Of a DNA stretch of 64,000 nucleotides, positions 1 through 15,354 are shown piece after piece. Position 1 is the first letter of the stretch. Every line of letters starts with the position of its first letter. The DNA lies in contig NC_092677.1 in assembly GCF_964355755.1 (NCBI RefSeq), forward strand, positions 20,358,101 through 20,422,100, read 5' to 3'. Origin of the DNA: Antedon mediterranea. Lineage: Eukaryota; Animalia; Echinodermata. Below the pieces are notes generated by a model, which searched no databases, was not told where the DNA came from, and saw only the letters and a list, made by a program, of their open reading frames with translations. A program made the translations under genes and the position numbers.

Positions 1-404
1 TTATATGAAATGAATGATCAATCAATGAAAAATAATGCCATGCAACTTTGTTTCTGATTTTAAAAAAGGTTCACTTGTTTTGGCCTGACATTTACAACCC
101 TCAAAATATCTCACTTTCAAAAACAATATTTTTTCAATTAAAAAAAAAAAAGAAATAAAATATCAGTAGAGGTTCGAACCCACTAGTGAGAGCAATCAAA
201 CTTGAGCATTACCCGTTACGCCACAAACCAGTAGATGACTGAAGAGCTGATAATAGTCTATTTATATGAAATGAATGATCAATCAATGAAAAATAATGCC
301 ATACAACTTTGTTTCTGATTTTAAAAAAGGTTCACTTGTTTAGGCCTGATATTTACAACCCTCAAAATATCTCACTTTCAAAAACCATATTTATTTTCAA
401 TTTA

Positions 405-526
405 AAAAAAAAGAAAAAAAATATCCCTAGAGGTTCGACCCACTACTCAGAGCACTCAAACCTGAGCATTACCCGTTACGCCACAAACCAGTAGATGACT
501 GAAGAGCTGATAATAGTCTATTTATA
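405..526 (-). promoter_or_regulatory. Example monomer cassette: TATA box (519-526), A box-like TGGCGTAACGG, B box region, oligo-T terminator
   Basis: Reverse complement gives TATAAATA, 28 nt, then TGGTTTG TGGCGTAACGGGTAATGC ... GTGGGT(T)CGAACCTCTAGGGATA and a T-run. This copy has a 1-nt-deleted B box; many neighbours (e.g. 171-180, 951-960) have GGTTCGAACC intact. Confidence 0.6.
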
Positions 527-3500
527 TGAAATGAATGATCAATCAATGAAAATAATGCCATGCAACTTTGTTTCTGATTTTAAAAAAGGTCCACTTGTTT
601 AGGCCTGACATTTACAACCCTCAAAATATCTCACTTTCAAAAACAATATTTATTTTCAATTAAAATAAAAAGAAAAAAAATATTCGTAGAGGTTCGAACC
701 CACTACTCAGAGCACTCAAAACTGAGCATTACCCGTTACGCCACAAACCAGTAGATGACTGAAGAGCTGATAATAGTCTATTTATATGAAATTAAAAATA
801 AATCAATGAAAAATAATGCAATGCAACTTTGTTTCTGATTTTAAAAAAGGTTCACTTGTTTAGGCCTGACATTTACAACCCTCAAAATATTTCATTTTCA
901 AAAACAATATTTATTTTAAATAAAAAAAAAAGAAACAAAATATCCGTAGAGGTTCGAACCCACTAGTGAGAGCACTCAAACTTGAGCATTACCCGTTACG
1001 CCACAAACCAGTAGATGACTGAAGAGCTGATAATACTCTATTTATATGAAATAAATAATAAATCAATGAAAAATAATGCCATGCCACTTTGTTTCTGATT
1101 TTAAAAAAGGTCCACTTGTTTAGGCCTGATATTTACAACCCTCAAAATATCTCACTTTCAAAAACAATATTTATTTTAAATAAAAAAAAAAAAAATATCC
1201 GTAGAGGTTCGAACCCACTAGTGAGAACACTCAAACTTGAGCATTACCCGTTACGCCACAAACCAGTAGATAACTGAAGAGCTGATAATAGTCTATTTAT
1301 ATGAAATGAATGATCAATCAATGAAAAATAATGCCATGCAACTTTGTTTCTGATTTTAAAAAATGTCCACTTGTTTAGGCCTGACATTTACAACCCTCAA
1401 AATATCTCACTTTCAAAAACAATATTTTTTTCAATTAAAAAAAAAAAAGAAAAAAAATATTCGTAGAGGTTCGAACCCACTACTGCGAGAACTCAAACCT
1501 GAGCATTACCCGTTACGCCTCAAACCAGTAGATGACTGAAGAGCTGATAATACTCTATTTATATGAAATTAATAATAAATCAATGAAAAATAATGCCATG
1601 CAACTTTGTTTCTGATTTTAAAAAAGGTTCACTTGTTTAGGCCTGACATTTACAACCCTCAAAATATCTCACTTTCAAAAACAATATTTATTTTAAATAA
1701 TAAAAAAAAAAAAACAAAATACCCGTAGAGGTCCGAACCCACTAATGAGAGCACTCAAACTTGAGCATTACCCGTTACGCCACAAACCAGTAGATGACTG
1801 AAGAGCTGACAATACTCTATTTATATGAAATAAATAATAAATCAATGAAAAATAATGCCATGCAACTTTGTTTCTGATTTTAAAAAAGGTCCACTTGTTT
1901 AGGCCTGACATTTACAACCCTCAAAATATCTCACTTTCAAAATCCATATTTATTCTCAATTTAAAAAAAAAAGAAAAAAAATATCCTTAGAGGTTCGACC
2001 CACTACTCAGAGCACTCAAACCTGAGCATTACCCGTTACGCCACAAACCAGTAGATGACTGAAGAGCTGATAATAGTCTATTTATATGAAATGAATGATC
2101 AATCAATGAAAAATAATGCCATGCAACTTTGTTTCTGATTTTAAAAAATATCCATTTGTTTAGGCCTGACATTCACAACCCTAAAAAATATCTCATTTTC
2201 AAAAAAAATATTTATTTTCAATAAGAAAAAAAAAAGTAATATCCCTAGAGGTTCGAACCCACTACTGCGAGAACTCAAACCTGAGCATTACCCGTTACGC
2301 CTCAAACCAATAGATGACTGTAGAGCTGATAATACTCTATTTATATGAAATTAATAATAAATCAATGAAAAATAATGCCATGCAACTTTGTTTCTGATTT
2401 TAAAAAAGGTTCACTTGTTTAGGCCTGACATTTACAACCCTCAAAATATCTCACTTTCAAAAACAATATTTATTTTAAATAAAAAAAAAAAAAAAACAAA
2501 ATACCCGTAGAGGTCCGAACCCACTAGTGAGAGCACTCAAACTTGAGCATTACCCGTTACGCCACAAACCAGTAGATGACTGAAGAGCTGACAATACTCT
2601 ATTTATATGAAATAAATAATAAATCAATGAAAAATAATGCCATGCAACTTTGTTTCTGATTTTAAAAAAGGTCCACTTGTTTAGGCCTGACATTTACAAC
2701 CCTCAAAATATCTCACTTTCAAAATCCATATTTATTCTCAATTTAAAAAAAAAAGAAAAAAATATCCTTAGAGGTTCGACCCACTACTCAGAGCACTCAA
2801 ACCTGAGCATTACCCGTTACGCCACAAACCAGTAGATGACTGAAGAGCTGATAATAGTCTATTTATATGAAATGAATGATCAATCAATGAAAAATAATGC
2901 CATGCAACTTTGTTTCTGATTTTAAAAAATATCCATTTGTTTAGGCCTGACATTCACAACCCTAAAAAATATCTCATTTTCAAAAAAAATATTTATTTTC
3001 AATAAGAAAAAAAAAAGTAATATCCCTAGAGGTTCGAACCCACTACTGCGAGAACTCAAACCTGAGCATTACCCGTTACGCCTCAAACCAGTAGATGACT
3101 GTAGAGCTGATAATACTCTATTTATATGAAATTAATAATAAATCAATGAAAAATAATGCCATGCAACTTTGTTTCTGATTTTAAAAAAGGTTCAATTGTT
3201 TAGGCCTGACATTTACAACCCTCAAAATATCTCACTTTCAAAAACAATATTTATTTTAAATAAAAAAAAAAAAGAAACAAAATATCCGTAGAGGTTCGAA
3301 CCCACTAGTGAGAGCACTCAAACTTGAGCATTACCCGTTACGCCACAAACCAGTAGATGACTGAAGAGCTGATAATACTCTATTTATATGAAATAATTAA
3401 TAAATCAATGAAAAATAATGCCATGCAACTTTGTTTCTGATTTTAAAAAAGGTCCACTTGTTTAGGCCTGATATTTACAACCCTCAAAATATCTCACTTT

Positions 3501-6500
3501 CAAAAACCATATTTATTTTCAATTTAAAAAAAAAAGAAAAAAAATATCCCTAGAGGTTCGACCCACTACTCAGAGCACTCAAACCTGAGCATTACCCGTT
3601 ACGCCACAAACCAGTAGATGACTGAAGAGCTGATAATACTCTATTTATATGTAATTAATAATAAATCAATGAAAAATAATGCCATGCAACTTTGTTTCTG
3701 ATTTTAAAAAAGGTCCACTTGTTTAGGCCTGACATTTACAACCCTCAAAATATCTCACTTTCAAAAACAATATTTATTTTCAATTTAAAAAAAAAAATCC
3801 CTAGAGGTTCGAACCCACTACTGAGAGAACTCAAACCTGAGCATTATCCGTTACGCCACCAACCAGTAGGTGACTGAGGAGCTGATAATAGTCTATTTAT
3901 ATGAAATGAATGATCAATCAATGAAAAATAATGCCATGCAACTTTGTTTCTGATTTTAAAAAAGGTTCACTTGTTTTGGCCTGACATTTACAACCCTCAA
4001 AATATCTCACTTTCAAAAACAATATTTTTTCAATTAAAAAAAAAAAAATAATAAAATATTAGTAGAGGTTCGAACCCACTAGTGAGAGCACTCAAACTTG
4101 AGCATTACCCGTTACGCCACAAACCAGTAGATGACTGAAGAGCTGATAATACTCTATTTATATGAAATAAATAATAAATCAATGAAAAATAATGCCATGC
4201 AACTTTGTTTCTGATTTTAAAAAAGGTCCACTTGTTTAGGCCTGACATTTACAACCCTCAAACTATCTCACTTTCAAAAACCATATTTATTTTAAATTTA
4301 AAAAAAAAAGAAAAAAAATATTCGTAGAGGTTCGAACCCACCACTGCGAGAACTCAAACCTGAGCACTACCAGTTACGCTACAAACCAGTAGATGACTGA
4401 AGAGCTGATAATAGTCTATTTATATGAAATTAATAATAAATCAATGAAAAATAATGCCATGCAACTTTGTTTCTGATTTTAAAAAAGGTTCACTTGTTTA
4501 GGCCTGACATTTACAACCCTCAAAATATCTCACTTTCAAAAACAATATTTATTTTAAAAAAAAAAAGAAAAAGAAACAAAATATCCGTAGAGGTTCGAAC
4601 CCACTAGTGAGAGCACTCAAACTTGAGCATTACCCGTTACGCCACAAACCAGTAGATGACTGAAGAGCTGATAATACTCTATTTATATGAAATAAATAAT
4701 AAATCAATGAAAAATAATGCAATGCAACTTTTTTTCTGATTTTAAAAAAGGTCCACTTGTTTAGGCCTGATATTTACAACCCTCAAAATATCTCACTTTC
4801 AAAAACCATATTTATTTTCAATTTAAAAAAAAAAGAAAAAAATATCCCTAGAGGTTCGACCCCCTACTCAGAGCACTCAAACCTGAGCATTACCCGTTAC
4901 GCCACAAACCAGTAGATGACTGAAGAGCTGATAATAGTCTATTTATATGAAATGAATGATCAATCAATGAAAAATAATGCCATGCAACTTTGTTTCTGAT
5001 TTTAAAAAAGCTCCACTTGTTTAGGCCTGACATTTACAACCCTCAAAATATCTCACTTTCAAAAACCATATTTATTTTCAATTTAAAAAAAAAAGAAAAA
5101 AAATATCCCTAGAGGTTTGACCCACTACTCAGAGCACTCAAAACTGAGCATTACCCGTTACGCCACAAACCAGTAGATGACTGAAGAGGTGATAATAGTC
5201 TATTTATATGAAATGAATGATCAATCAATGAAAAATAATGCCATGCAACTTTGTTTCTGATTTAAAAAAAGGTTCACTTGTTTAGGCCTGACATTTACAA
5301 CCCTAAAAATATCTCACTTTCAAAAAAAATATTTATTTTAAATAAAAAAAAAAAGAAAGAAATATCCCTAGAGGTTCAAACCCACTACTGCGAGCACTCA
5401 AACTTGAGCATTACCCGTTACGCCTCAAACCAGTAGATGACTGAAGAGCTGATAATACTCTATTTATATGAAATAAATAATAAATCAATGAAAAATAATG
5501 CCATGCAACTTTGTTTCTGATTTTAAAAAAGGTCCACTTGTTTAGGCCTGATATTTACAACCCTCAAAATATCTCACTTTCAAAAACCATATTTATTTTC
5601 AATTTAAAAAAAAAAGAAAAAAAATATCCCTAGAGGTTCGACCCACTACTCAGAGCACTCAAACCTGACCATTACCCGTTACGCCACAAACCAGTAGATG
5701 ACTGAAGAGCTGATAATAGTCTATTTATATGAAATGAATGATCAATCAATGAAAAATAATGCCATGAAACTTTGTTTCTGATTTTAAAAAAGGTCCACTT
5801 GTTTAGGCCTGATATTTACAACCCTCAAAATATCTCACTTTCAAAAACCATATTTATTTTCAATTTAAAAAAAAAAGAAAAAAAATATCCCTAGAGGTTC
5901 GACCCACTACTCAGAGCACTCAAACCTGAGCATTACCCGTTACGCCACAAACCAGTAGATGACTGAAGAGCTGATAATAGTCTATTTATATGAAATGAAT
6001 GATCAATCAATGAAAAATAATGCCATGCAACTTTGTTTCTGATTTTAAAAAAGGTCCACTTGTTTAGGCCTGACATTTACAACCCTCAAAATATCTCACT
6101 TTCAAAAACCATATTTATTTTCAATTTAAAAAAAAAAGAAAAAAAATATCCCTAGAGGTTCGACCCACTACTCAGAGCACTCAAAACTGAGCATTACCCG
6201 TTACGCCACAAACCAGTAGATGACTGAAGAGCTGATAATAGTCTATTTATATGAAATGAATGATCAATCAATGAAAAATAATGCCATGCAACTTTGTTTC
6301 TGATTTAAAAAAAGGTTCACTTGTTTAGGCCTGACATTTACAACCCTAAAAATATCTCACTTTCAAAAACAATATTTCTTTTCAATTTAAAAAAAAAATC
6401 CCTAGAGGTTCGAACCCACTACTGAGAGAACTCAAACCTGAGCATTATCCGTTACGCCACCAACCAGTAGGTGACTGAGGAGCTGATAATAGTCTATTTA

Positions 6501-9500
6501 TATGAAATGAATGATCAATCAATGAAAAATAATGCCATGCAACTTTGTTTCTGATTTTAAAAAAGGTCCACTTGTTTAGGCCTGATATTTACAACCCTCA
6601 AAATATCTCACTTTCAAAAACAATATTTATTTAAAAAAAAAAAAAAAAAGAAACAAAATATCCGTAGAGGTTCGAACCCACTAGTGAGAGCACTCAAACT
6701 TGAGCTTTACCCGTTACGCCACAAACCAGTAGATGACTGAAGAGCTGATAATACTCTATTTATATGAAATAAATAATAAATCAATGAAAAATAATGTCAT
6801 GCAACTTTGTTTCTGATTTTAAAAAAGGTCCACTTGTTTAGGCCTGATATTTACAACCCTCAAAATATCTCACTTTCAAAAACCATATTTATTTTCAATT
6901 TAAAAAAAAAAGAAAAAAAATATCCCTAGAGGTTCGACCCACTACTCAGAGCACTCAAACCTGAGCATTACCCGTTACGCCACAAACCAGTAGATGACTG
7001 AAGAGCTGATAATAGTCTATTTATATGAAATGAATGATCAATCAATGAAAAATAATGCCATGCAACTTTGTTTCTGATTTTAAAAAAGGTCCACTTGTTT
7101 AGGCCTGATATTTACAACCCTCAAAATATCTCACTTTCAAAAACCATATTTATTTTCAATTTAAAAAAAAAAGAAAAAAAATATCCCTAGAGGTTCGACC
7201 CACTACTCAGAGCACTCAAACCTGAGCATTACCCGTTACGCCACAAACCAGTAGATGACTGAAGAGCTGATAATAGTCTATTTATATGAAATGAATGATC
7301 AATCAATGAAAAATAATGCCATGCAACTTTGTTTCTGATTTTAAAAAAGGTCCACTTGTTTAGGCCTGACATTTACAACCCTCAAAATATCTCACTTTCA
7401 AAAACAATATTTATTTTCAATAAGAAAAAAAAAAGCAATATCCCTAGAGGTTGGAACCCGCTACTGAGAGCACTCAAACCTGGGTATTACCCGTTACGCC
7501 ACAAACCAGTAGATGACTGAAGAGCTGATAATAGTCTATTTATATGAAATGAATGATCAATCAATGAAAAATAATGCCATGCAACTTTGTTTCTGATTTT
7601 AAAAAAGGTCCACTTGTTTAGGCCTGACATTTACAACCCTCAAAATATCTCACTTTCAAAAACAATATTTATTTTCAATTTTAAAAAAAAAGCCCTAGAG
7701 GTTCGAACCCACTACTGAGAGAACTCAAACCTGAGCATTATCCGTTACGCCACCAACCAGTAGGTGACTGAGGAGCTGATAATAGTCTATTTATATGAAA
7801 TGAATGATCAATCAATGAAAAATAATGCCATGCAACTTTGTTTCTGATTGAAAAAAAGGTTCACTTGTTTTGGCCTGACATTTACAACCCTCAAAATATC
7901 TCACTTTCAAAAACAATATTTTTTCAATTAAAAAAAAAAAAGAAATAAAATATCAGTAGAGGTTCGAACCCTCTAGTGAGAGCACTCAAACTTGAGCATT
8001 ACCCGCTACGCCACAAACCAGTAGATGACTGAAGAGCTGATAATACTCTATTTATATGAAATCAATAATAAATCAATGAAAAATAATGCCATGCAACTTT
8101 GTTTCTGATTTTAAAAAAGGTTCATTTGTTTAGGCCTGTCATTTACAACCCTCAAAATATCTCACCTTCAAAAAAAATATTTATTTTCAATAAAAAAAAA
8201 AAGAAAAGAAATATCCCTAGAGGTTCGAACCCACTACTGCGAGCACTCAAACTTGAGCATTACCCGTTACGCCTCAAACCAGTAGATGACTGAAGAGCTG
8301 ATAATACTCTATTTATATGAAATGAATAATAAATCAATCAAAAATAATGCCATGCAACTTTGTTTCTGATTTTAAAAAAGGTTCTCTTGTTTAGGCCTGA
8401 CATTTACAACCCTCAAAATATCTCACCTTCAAAAACAATATTTATTTTCAAATAAAAAAAAAAGAAAAAAAATATCCCTAGAAGTTCGAACCCACTATTG
8501 AAATCACTCAAACCTGAGCATTACCCGTTCGCCGCAAACCATTTTATGACTGAAGAGCTGATAATAGTCTACTTATATGAAATGGATGATCAATCAATGA
8601 AAAATAATGCCATGCAACTTTGTTTCTGATTTTAAAAAAGGTTCACTTGTTTAGGCCTGACAGTTGCAACCCTAAAAATATCTCACTTTCAAAAACAATA
8701 TTTATTTTCAATTAAAAAAAAAGAAAAAAAAATACCCGTATAGGTTCGAACCCACTACTGAGAGCACTCAAACCTGAGCATTACACGTTACGCCAAAAAC
8801 CAGTAGATGACTGAGGAGCTGATAATAGTCTATATATATGAAATGAATGATCAATCAATGAAAAATAATGCCATGCAACTTTGTTTCTGATTGAAAAAAA
8901 TGTTCACTTGTTTAGGCCTCACATTTACAACCCTCAAAATATCTCACTTTCAAAAACAATATTTTTTCAATTAAAAAAAAAAAGAAATAAAATATCAGTA
9001 GAGGTTCGAACCCACTAGTGAGAGCACTCAAACTTGAGCATTACCCGCTACGCCACAAACCAGTAGATGACTGAAGAGCTGATAATACTCTATTTATATG
9101 AAATAAATAATAAATCAATGAAAAATAATGCCATGCAACTTTGTTTCTGATTTTAAAAAAGGTCCACTTGTTTAGGCCTGATATTTACAACCCTCAAAAT
9201 ATCTCACTTTCAAAAACCATATTTATTTTCAATTTAAAAAAAAAGAAAAAAAATATCCCTAGAGGTTCGACCCACTACTCAGAGCACTCAAACCTGAGCA
9301 TTACCCGTTACGCCACAAACCAGTAGATGACTGAAGAGCTGATAATAGTCTATTTATATGAAATGAATGATCAATCAATGAAAAATAATGCCATGCAACT
9401 TTGTTTCTGATTTTAAAAAAGGTCCACTTGTTTAGGCCTGACATTTACAACCCTCAAAATATCTCACTTTTAAAAACCATATTTATTTTCAATGTAAAAA

Positions 9501-12500
9501 AAAAGAAAAAAAGTATCCCTAGAGGTTCGACCCACTACTCAGAGCACTCAAACCTGAGCATTACTCGTTACGCCACAAACCAGTAGATGACTGAAGAGCT
9601 GGTAATAGTCTATTTATATGAAATGAATTATCAATCAATGAAAAATAATGCCATGCAACTTTGTTTCTGATTTTAAAAAAGATCCATTTGTTTAGGCCTG
9701 ACATTTACAACCCTAAAAAATATCTCATTTTCAAAAAAAATATTTATTTTCAATAAGAAAAAAAAAGCAATATCCCTAGAGGTTGGAACCTGCTACTGAG
9801 AGCACTCAAACCTGGGTATTACCCGTTACGCCACAAACCAGTAGATGACTGAAGAGCTGATAATAGTCTATTTATATGAAATGAATGATCAATCAATGAA
9901 AAATAATGCCATGCAACTTTGTTTCTGATTTAAAAAAAGGTCCACTTGTTTAGGCCTGACATTTACAACCCTCAAAATATCTCACTTTCAAAAACAATAT
10001 TTATTTTCAATTTAAAAAAAAAATCCCTAGAGGTTCGAACCCACTACTGAGAGAACTCAACCCTCAAAATATCTCACTTTCAAAAACAATATTTTTTCAA
10101 TTTAAAAAAAAAAAGAAATAAAATATCAGTAGAGGTTCGAAGGTTCGAAGTGAGAGCACTCAAACTTGAGCATTACCCGCTACGCCACAAACCAGTAGAT
10201 GACTGAAGAGCTGATAATACTCTATTTATATGAAATAAATAATAAATCAATGAAAAATAATGCCATGCAACTTTGTTTCTGATTTTAAAAAAGGTTCATT
10301 TGTTCAGGCCTGTCATTTACAACCCTCAAAATATCTCACCTTCAAAAAAAATATTTATTTTCAATAAAAAAAAAAAAGAAAAGAAATATCCCTAGAGGTT
10401 CGAACCCATTACTGCGAGCACTCAAACTTGAGCATTACCCGTTACGCCTCAAACCAGTAGATGACTGAAGAGCTGATAATACTCTATTTATATGAAATGA
10501 ATAATAAATCAATCAAAAATAATGCCATGCAACTTTGTTTCTGATTTTAAAAAAGGTTCACTTGTTTAGGCTTGACATTTACAAACCTCAAAATATCTCA
10601 CCTTCAAAAACAATATTTATTTTCAAATAAAAAAAAAAGAAAAAAAATATCCCTAGAAGTTCGAACCCACTATTGAAATCACTCAAACCTGAGCATTACC
10701 CGTTCGCCGCAAACCATTTTATGACTGAAGAGCTGATAATAGTCTATTTATATGAAATGGATGATCAATCAATGAAAAATAATGCCATGCAACTTTGTTT
10801 CTGATTTTAAAAAAGGTTCACTTGTTTAGGCCTGACAGTTGCAACCCTAAAAATATCTCACTTTCAAAAACAATATTTATTTTCAATTAAAAAAAAAAGA
10901 AAAAAAAATACCCGTATAGGTTCGAACCCACTACTGAGAGCACTCAAACCTGAGCATTACACGTTACGCCACAAACCAGTAGATGACTGAGGAGCTGATA
11001 ATAGTCTATATATATGAAATGAATGATCAATCAATGAAAAATAATGCCATGCAACTTTGTTTCTGATTGAAAAAAATGTTCACTTGTTTAGGCCTGACAT
11101 TTACAACCCTCAAAATATCTCACTTTCAAAAACAATATTTATTTTCAAATAAAAAAAAAAAAAAAAATATCCCTAGAAGTTCGAACCCACTATTGAAATC
11201 ACTCAAAACTGAGCATTACCCGTTACGCCGCAAACCAGTATATAACTGAAGAGCTGATAATAGTCTATTTATATGAAATGGATGATCAACCAATGAAAAA
11301 TAATGCCATGCAACTTTGTTTCTGATTTTAAAAAAGATCCACTTGTTTAGGCCTGACATTTACAACCCTCAAAATATCTCACTTTCAAAAACAATATTTA
11401 TTTTCAATTTAAAAAAAAAAAAAAAACCCTAGAGGTTCGAACCCACTACTGAAAGCACTCAAACCTGAGCATTATCCGTTACGCCACAAACCAGTAGATG
11501 ACTGCGGAGCTGATAATAGTCCATTTATATGAAATGAATGATCAATCAATGAAAAATAATGCCATGCAACTTTGTTTCTGATTTTAAAAAAGGTCCACTT
11601 GTTTAGGCCTGACATTTACAACCCTCAAAATATCTCACTTTCAAAAACAATATTTATTTTCAATTAAAAAAAAAAGAAAAAAAAATATTCGTAGAGGTTC
11701 GAACCCACTACTGCGAGAACTCAAACCTGAGCACTACCGGTTACGCCACAAACCAGTAGATGACTGAAGAGCTGATAACAGTCTATTTATATGAAATGAA
11801 TGATCCATCAATGTAAAATGATGTTATGCAACTTTGTTTCTGATTTTAAAAAAAGGTCCACTTGGTTAGGCTTGACATTTAAAACCCTCAAAATATCTCA
11901 CTTTCAAAAACCATATTTATTTTCAATTTAAAAAAAAAGAAAAAAAATATCCCTTGAGGTTCGACCCACTACTCAGAGCACTCAAACCTGAGCATTACCC
12001 GTTACGCCACAAACCAGTAGATGACTGAAGAGCTGATAATAGTCTATTTATATGAAATAAATTATCAATCAATGAAAAATAATGCCATGCAACTTTGTTT
12101 CTGATTTTAAAAAAGGTCCACTTGTTTAGGCCTGACATTTACAACCCTCAAAATATCTCACTTTCAAAAACCATATTTATTTTCAATGTAAAAAAAAAGA
12201 AAAAAAGTATCCCTAGAGGTTCGACCCACTACTCAGAGCACTCAAACCTGAGCATTACTCGTTACGCCACAAACCAGTAGATGACTGAAGAGCTGGTAAT
12301 AGTCTATTTATATGAAATGAATTATCAATCAATGAAAAATAATGCCATGCAACTTTGTTTCTGATTTTAAAAAAGATCCATTTCTTTAGGCCTGACATTT
12401 ACAACCCTAAAAAATATCTCATTTTCAAAAAAAATATTTATTTTCAATAAGAAAAAAAAAAGCAATATCCCTAGAGTTTGGAACCCGCTACTGAGAGCAC

Positions 12501-14190
12501 TCAAACCTGAGCATTACCCGTTACGCCTCAAACCAGTAGATGACTGAAGAGCTGATAATACTCTATTTATATGAAATTAATAATAAATCAATGAAAAATA
12601 ATGCCATGCAACTTTGTTTCTGATTTTAAAAAAGGTTCACTTGTTTAGGCCTGACATTTACAACCCTCAAAATATCTCACTTTCAAAAACAATATTTATT
12701 TTAAATAAAAAAAAAAATATCCGTAGAGGTTCGAACCCACTAGTGAGAGCACACAAACTTGAGCATTACCCGTTACGCCACAAACCAGTAGATAACTGAA
12801 GAGCTGATAATAGTCTATTTATATGAAATGAATGACCAATCAATGAAAAATAATGCCATGCAACTTTGTTTCTGATTTTAAAAAAGGTCCACTTGTTTAG
12901 GCCTGACATTTACAACCCTCAAAATATCTCACTTTCAAAAACAATATTTTTTTCAATAAAAAAAAAAAAGAAAAAAAATATTCGTAGAGGTTCGAACCCA
13001 CTACTGCGAGAACTCAAACCTGAGCATTACCCGTTACGCCTCAAACCAGTAGATGAATGAAGAGCTGATAATACTCTATTTATATGAAATTCATAATAAA
13101 TCAATGAAAAATAATGCCATGCAACTTTGTTTCTGATTTTAAAAAAGGTTCACTTGTTTAGGCCTGACATTTCCAACCCTCAAAATATCTCACTTTCAAA
13201 AACAATATTTATTTTAAATAAAAAAAAAAAAAAGAAACAAAATATCCGTAGAGGTTCGAACCCACTAGTGAGAGCACTCAAACTTGAGCATTACCCGTTA
13301 CGCCACAAACCAGTAGATGACTGAAGAGCTGATAATACTCTATTTATATGAAATAAATAATAAATCAATGAAAAATAATGCCATACAACTTTGTTTCTGA
13401 TTTTAAAAAAGGTCCACTTGTTTAGGCCTGACATTTACAACCCTCAAAATATCTCACTTTCAAAAACAATATTTTTTTCAATAAAAAAAAAAAAAGAAAA
13501 AAAATATTCGTAGAGGTTCGAACCCACTACTGCGAGAACTCAAACCTGAGCATTACCCGTTACGCCTCAAACCAGTAGATGAATGAAGAGCTGATAATAC
13601 TCTATTTATATGAAATTAATAATAAATCAATGAAAAATAATGCCATGCAACTTTGTTTCTGATTTTAAAAAAGGTTCACTTGTTTAGGCCTGACATTTAC
13701 AACCCTAAAAAATATCTCACTTTCAAAAACAATATTTATTTTAAATAAAAAAAAAAAAAGAAACAAAATATCCGGAGAGGTTCGAACCCACTAGTGAGAG
13801 CACTCAAACTTGAGCATTACCCGTTACGCCACAAACCAGTAGATGACTGAAGAGCTGACAATACTCTATTTATATGAAATAAATAATAAATCAATGAAAA
13901 ATAATGCCATGCAACTTTGTTTCTGATTTTAAAAAAGGTCCACTTGTTTAGGCCTGACATTTACAACCCTCAAAATATCTCACTTTCAAAATCCATATTT
14001 ATTTTCAATTTAAAAAAAAAAGAAAAAAAATATCCCTAGAGGTTCGACCCACTACTCAGAGCACTCAAACCTGAGCATTACCCGTTACGCCACAAACCAG
14101 TAGATGACTGAAGAGCTGATAATAGTCTATTTATATGAAATGAATGATCAATCAATGAAAAATAATGCCATGCAACTTTGTTTCTGATTT

Positions 14191-14538
14191 AAACAAGCAC
14201 GAATGTGCAATACTCGGGGAACAGCGAAAGAAGCTGTAATGACGTCATAAGACCGGATGTAACGTCACATACACATCAAAAACCGCGCTACCAAATACGG
14301 CTATACGATACCATCTTCGAGACGTCATATGGCTGCATCCGGTATGAAATTAAAAAATCCGGCTCTCTATAGCTTTGAGGACATGTCCCTGTAGTATATT
14401 CATGCTAAATCCAAGCTCAATACTACAACGAATAAGGGAGGAGTAGTACTTTATAAATTGCACTTTTTGCTCAATAGTGTCCGGATGGAAGAAGAAGAGG
14501 AAAAGATGAGAGAGTCCTAGACTCAGGTACCCCGACTA
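14191..14538. mobile_element. Non-autonomous Helentron-type element (HINE/DINE-1-like)
   Basis: Begins AACAAG plus hairpin GCAC-GAAT-GTGC. Subterminal IR TACTCGGGGAAC (14211-14222) matches GTACCCCGACTA (14527-14538) in reverse complement with 2 mismatches. Distal hairpin GAGTC-CTA-GACTC. Starts at a TTT|AAA site with no TSD. Confidence 0.75.
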
Positions 14539-14607
14539 ATAAAACGATATATACTCTATATCATTTTACGTATACAGTATATTTCACCATAAAGTTAAAG
14601 AAAAATA

Positions 14608-14678
14608 GGTTTCGCCAGGGCTCGAACCGGGACCTTCTGCGAGTTAAGCAGACTTGACAACCACTACACTACGAAAGT
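14608..14678 (-). pseudogene. tRNA-Val(AAC)-like copy 1 (degenerate)
   Basis: rc ACTTTCGTAGTGTAGTGGTTGTCAAG TCTGC TTAACTC GCAGA AGGTCCCGGTTCGAGCCCTGGCGAAACC; acceptor and D stems damaged. Confidence 0.8.
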
Positions 14679-14886
14679 TCTTACACCAAAAATGTGGGTT
14701 ACACAAAGTTTTTTAATCCATTTAAATTACAAATAAATTATTATGTAATAAGCACAAAGCAAGATAAACATGTGTAAAAGTGATAATTACCGATTACACA
14801 AAATAAATATTTTTAAAAATAATAAAAATAAGATATACTGTATATCATAATACCTTATCAGTACTTACCATAAAGTTGAAAAAAAA

Positions 14887-14958
14887 GGTTTCGCCCGGGC
14901 TCGAACCGGGGACCATCTGCGTGTTAAGCAGACGTGATAACCACTACGCCAAGAAGCC
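14887..14958 (-). pseudogene. tRNA-Val(AAC)-like copy 2
   Basis: rc GGCTTCT TGGCGTAGTGGTTATCACG TCTGC TTAACAC GCAGA TGGTC CCCGG TTCGAGC CCGGG CGAAACC then T-run. Anticodon and T arms perfect; 2 acceptor-stem mismatches. Confidence 0.8.
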
Positions 14959-15110
14959 GCATATAACTACATAACGCTGTGTTGTGTGTCACACATTGTG
15001 GCTTCTTAATTAAACAAATTAATTAACAAAAAATCACGAATGTGCAATACTCGGGGTACAGCGAAAGAAGCTGTATACAGACGTATACAGTTAGAAAGTA
15101 AAGAAAAATA

Positions 15111-15181
15111 GGTTTCGCCAGGGCTCGAACCGGGACCTTCTGCGTGTTAAGCAGACTTGACAACCACTACACTACGAAACC
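15111..15181 (-). tRNA. tRNA-Val(AAC)-like copy 3 (probable pseudogene)
   Basis: Perfect acceptor stem GGTTTCG/CGAAACC and anticodon arm TCTGC-TTAACAC-GCAGA; D-stem and T-stem mismatches and 1 nt short. Confidence 0.6.
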
Positions 15182-15354
15182 TCTTACATTAAAAATGTGG
15201 GTTACAGAAAGTTTTTTAATCCATTTAAATTACAAATAAATGGTAATAAGCACAAAGCAAAATAAACATGTGTAAAAGTGATAATTACCGATTACACAAA
15301 ATAAGTATTAAAAAAAATAATAAAAATAAAATATACTCTGTATAATTATCATAT

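Noticed and set aside
421-490. Satellite cassette as a functional tRNA gene
   Set aside because: The acceptor stem does not pair, there is no canonical 5-bp/7-nt anticodon arm, and the T stem is only partly paired.
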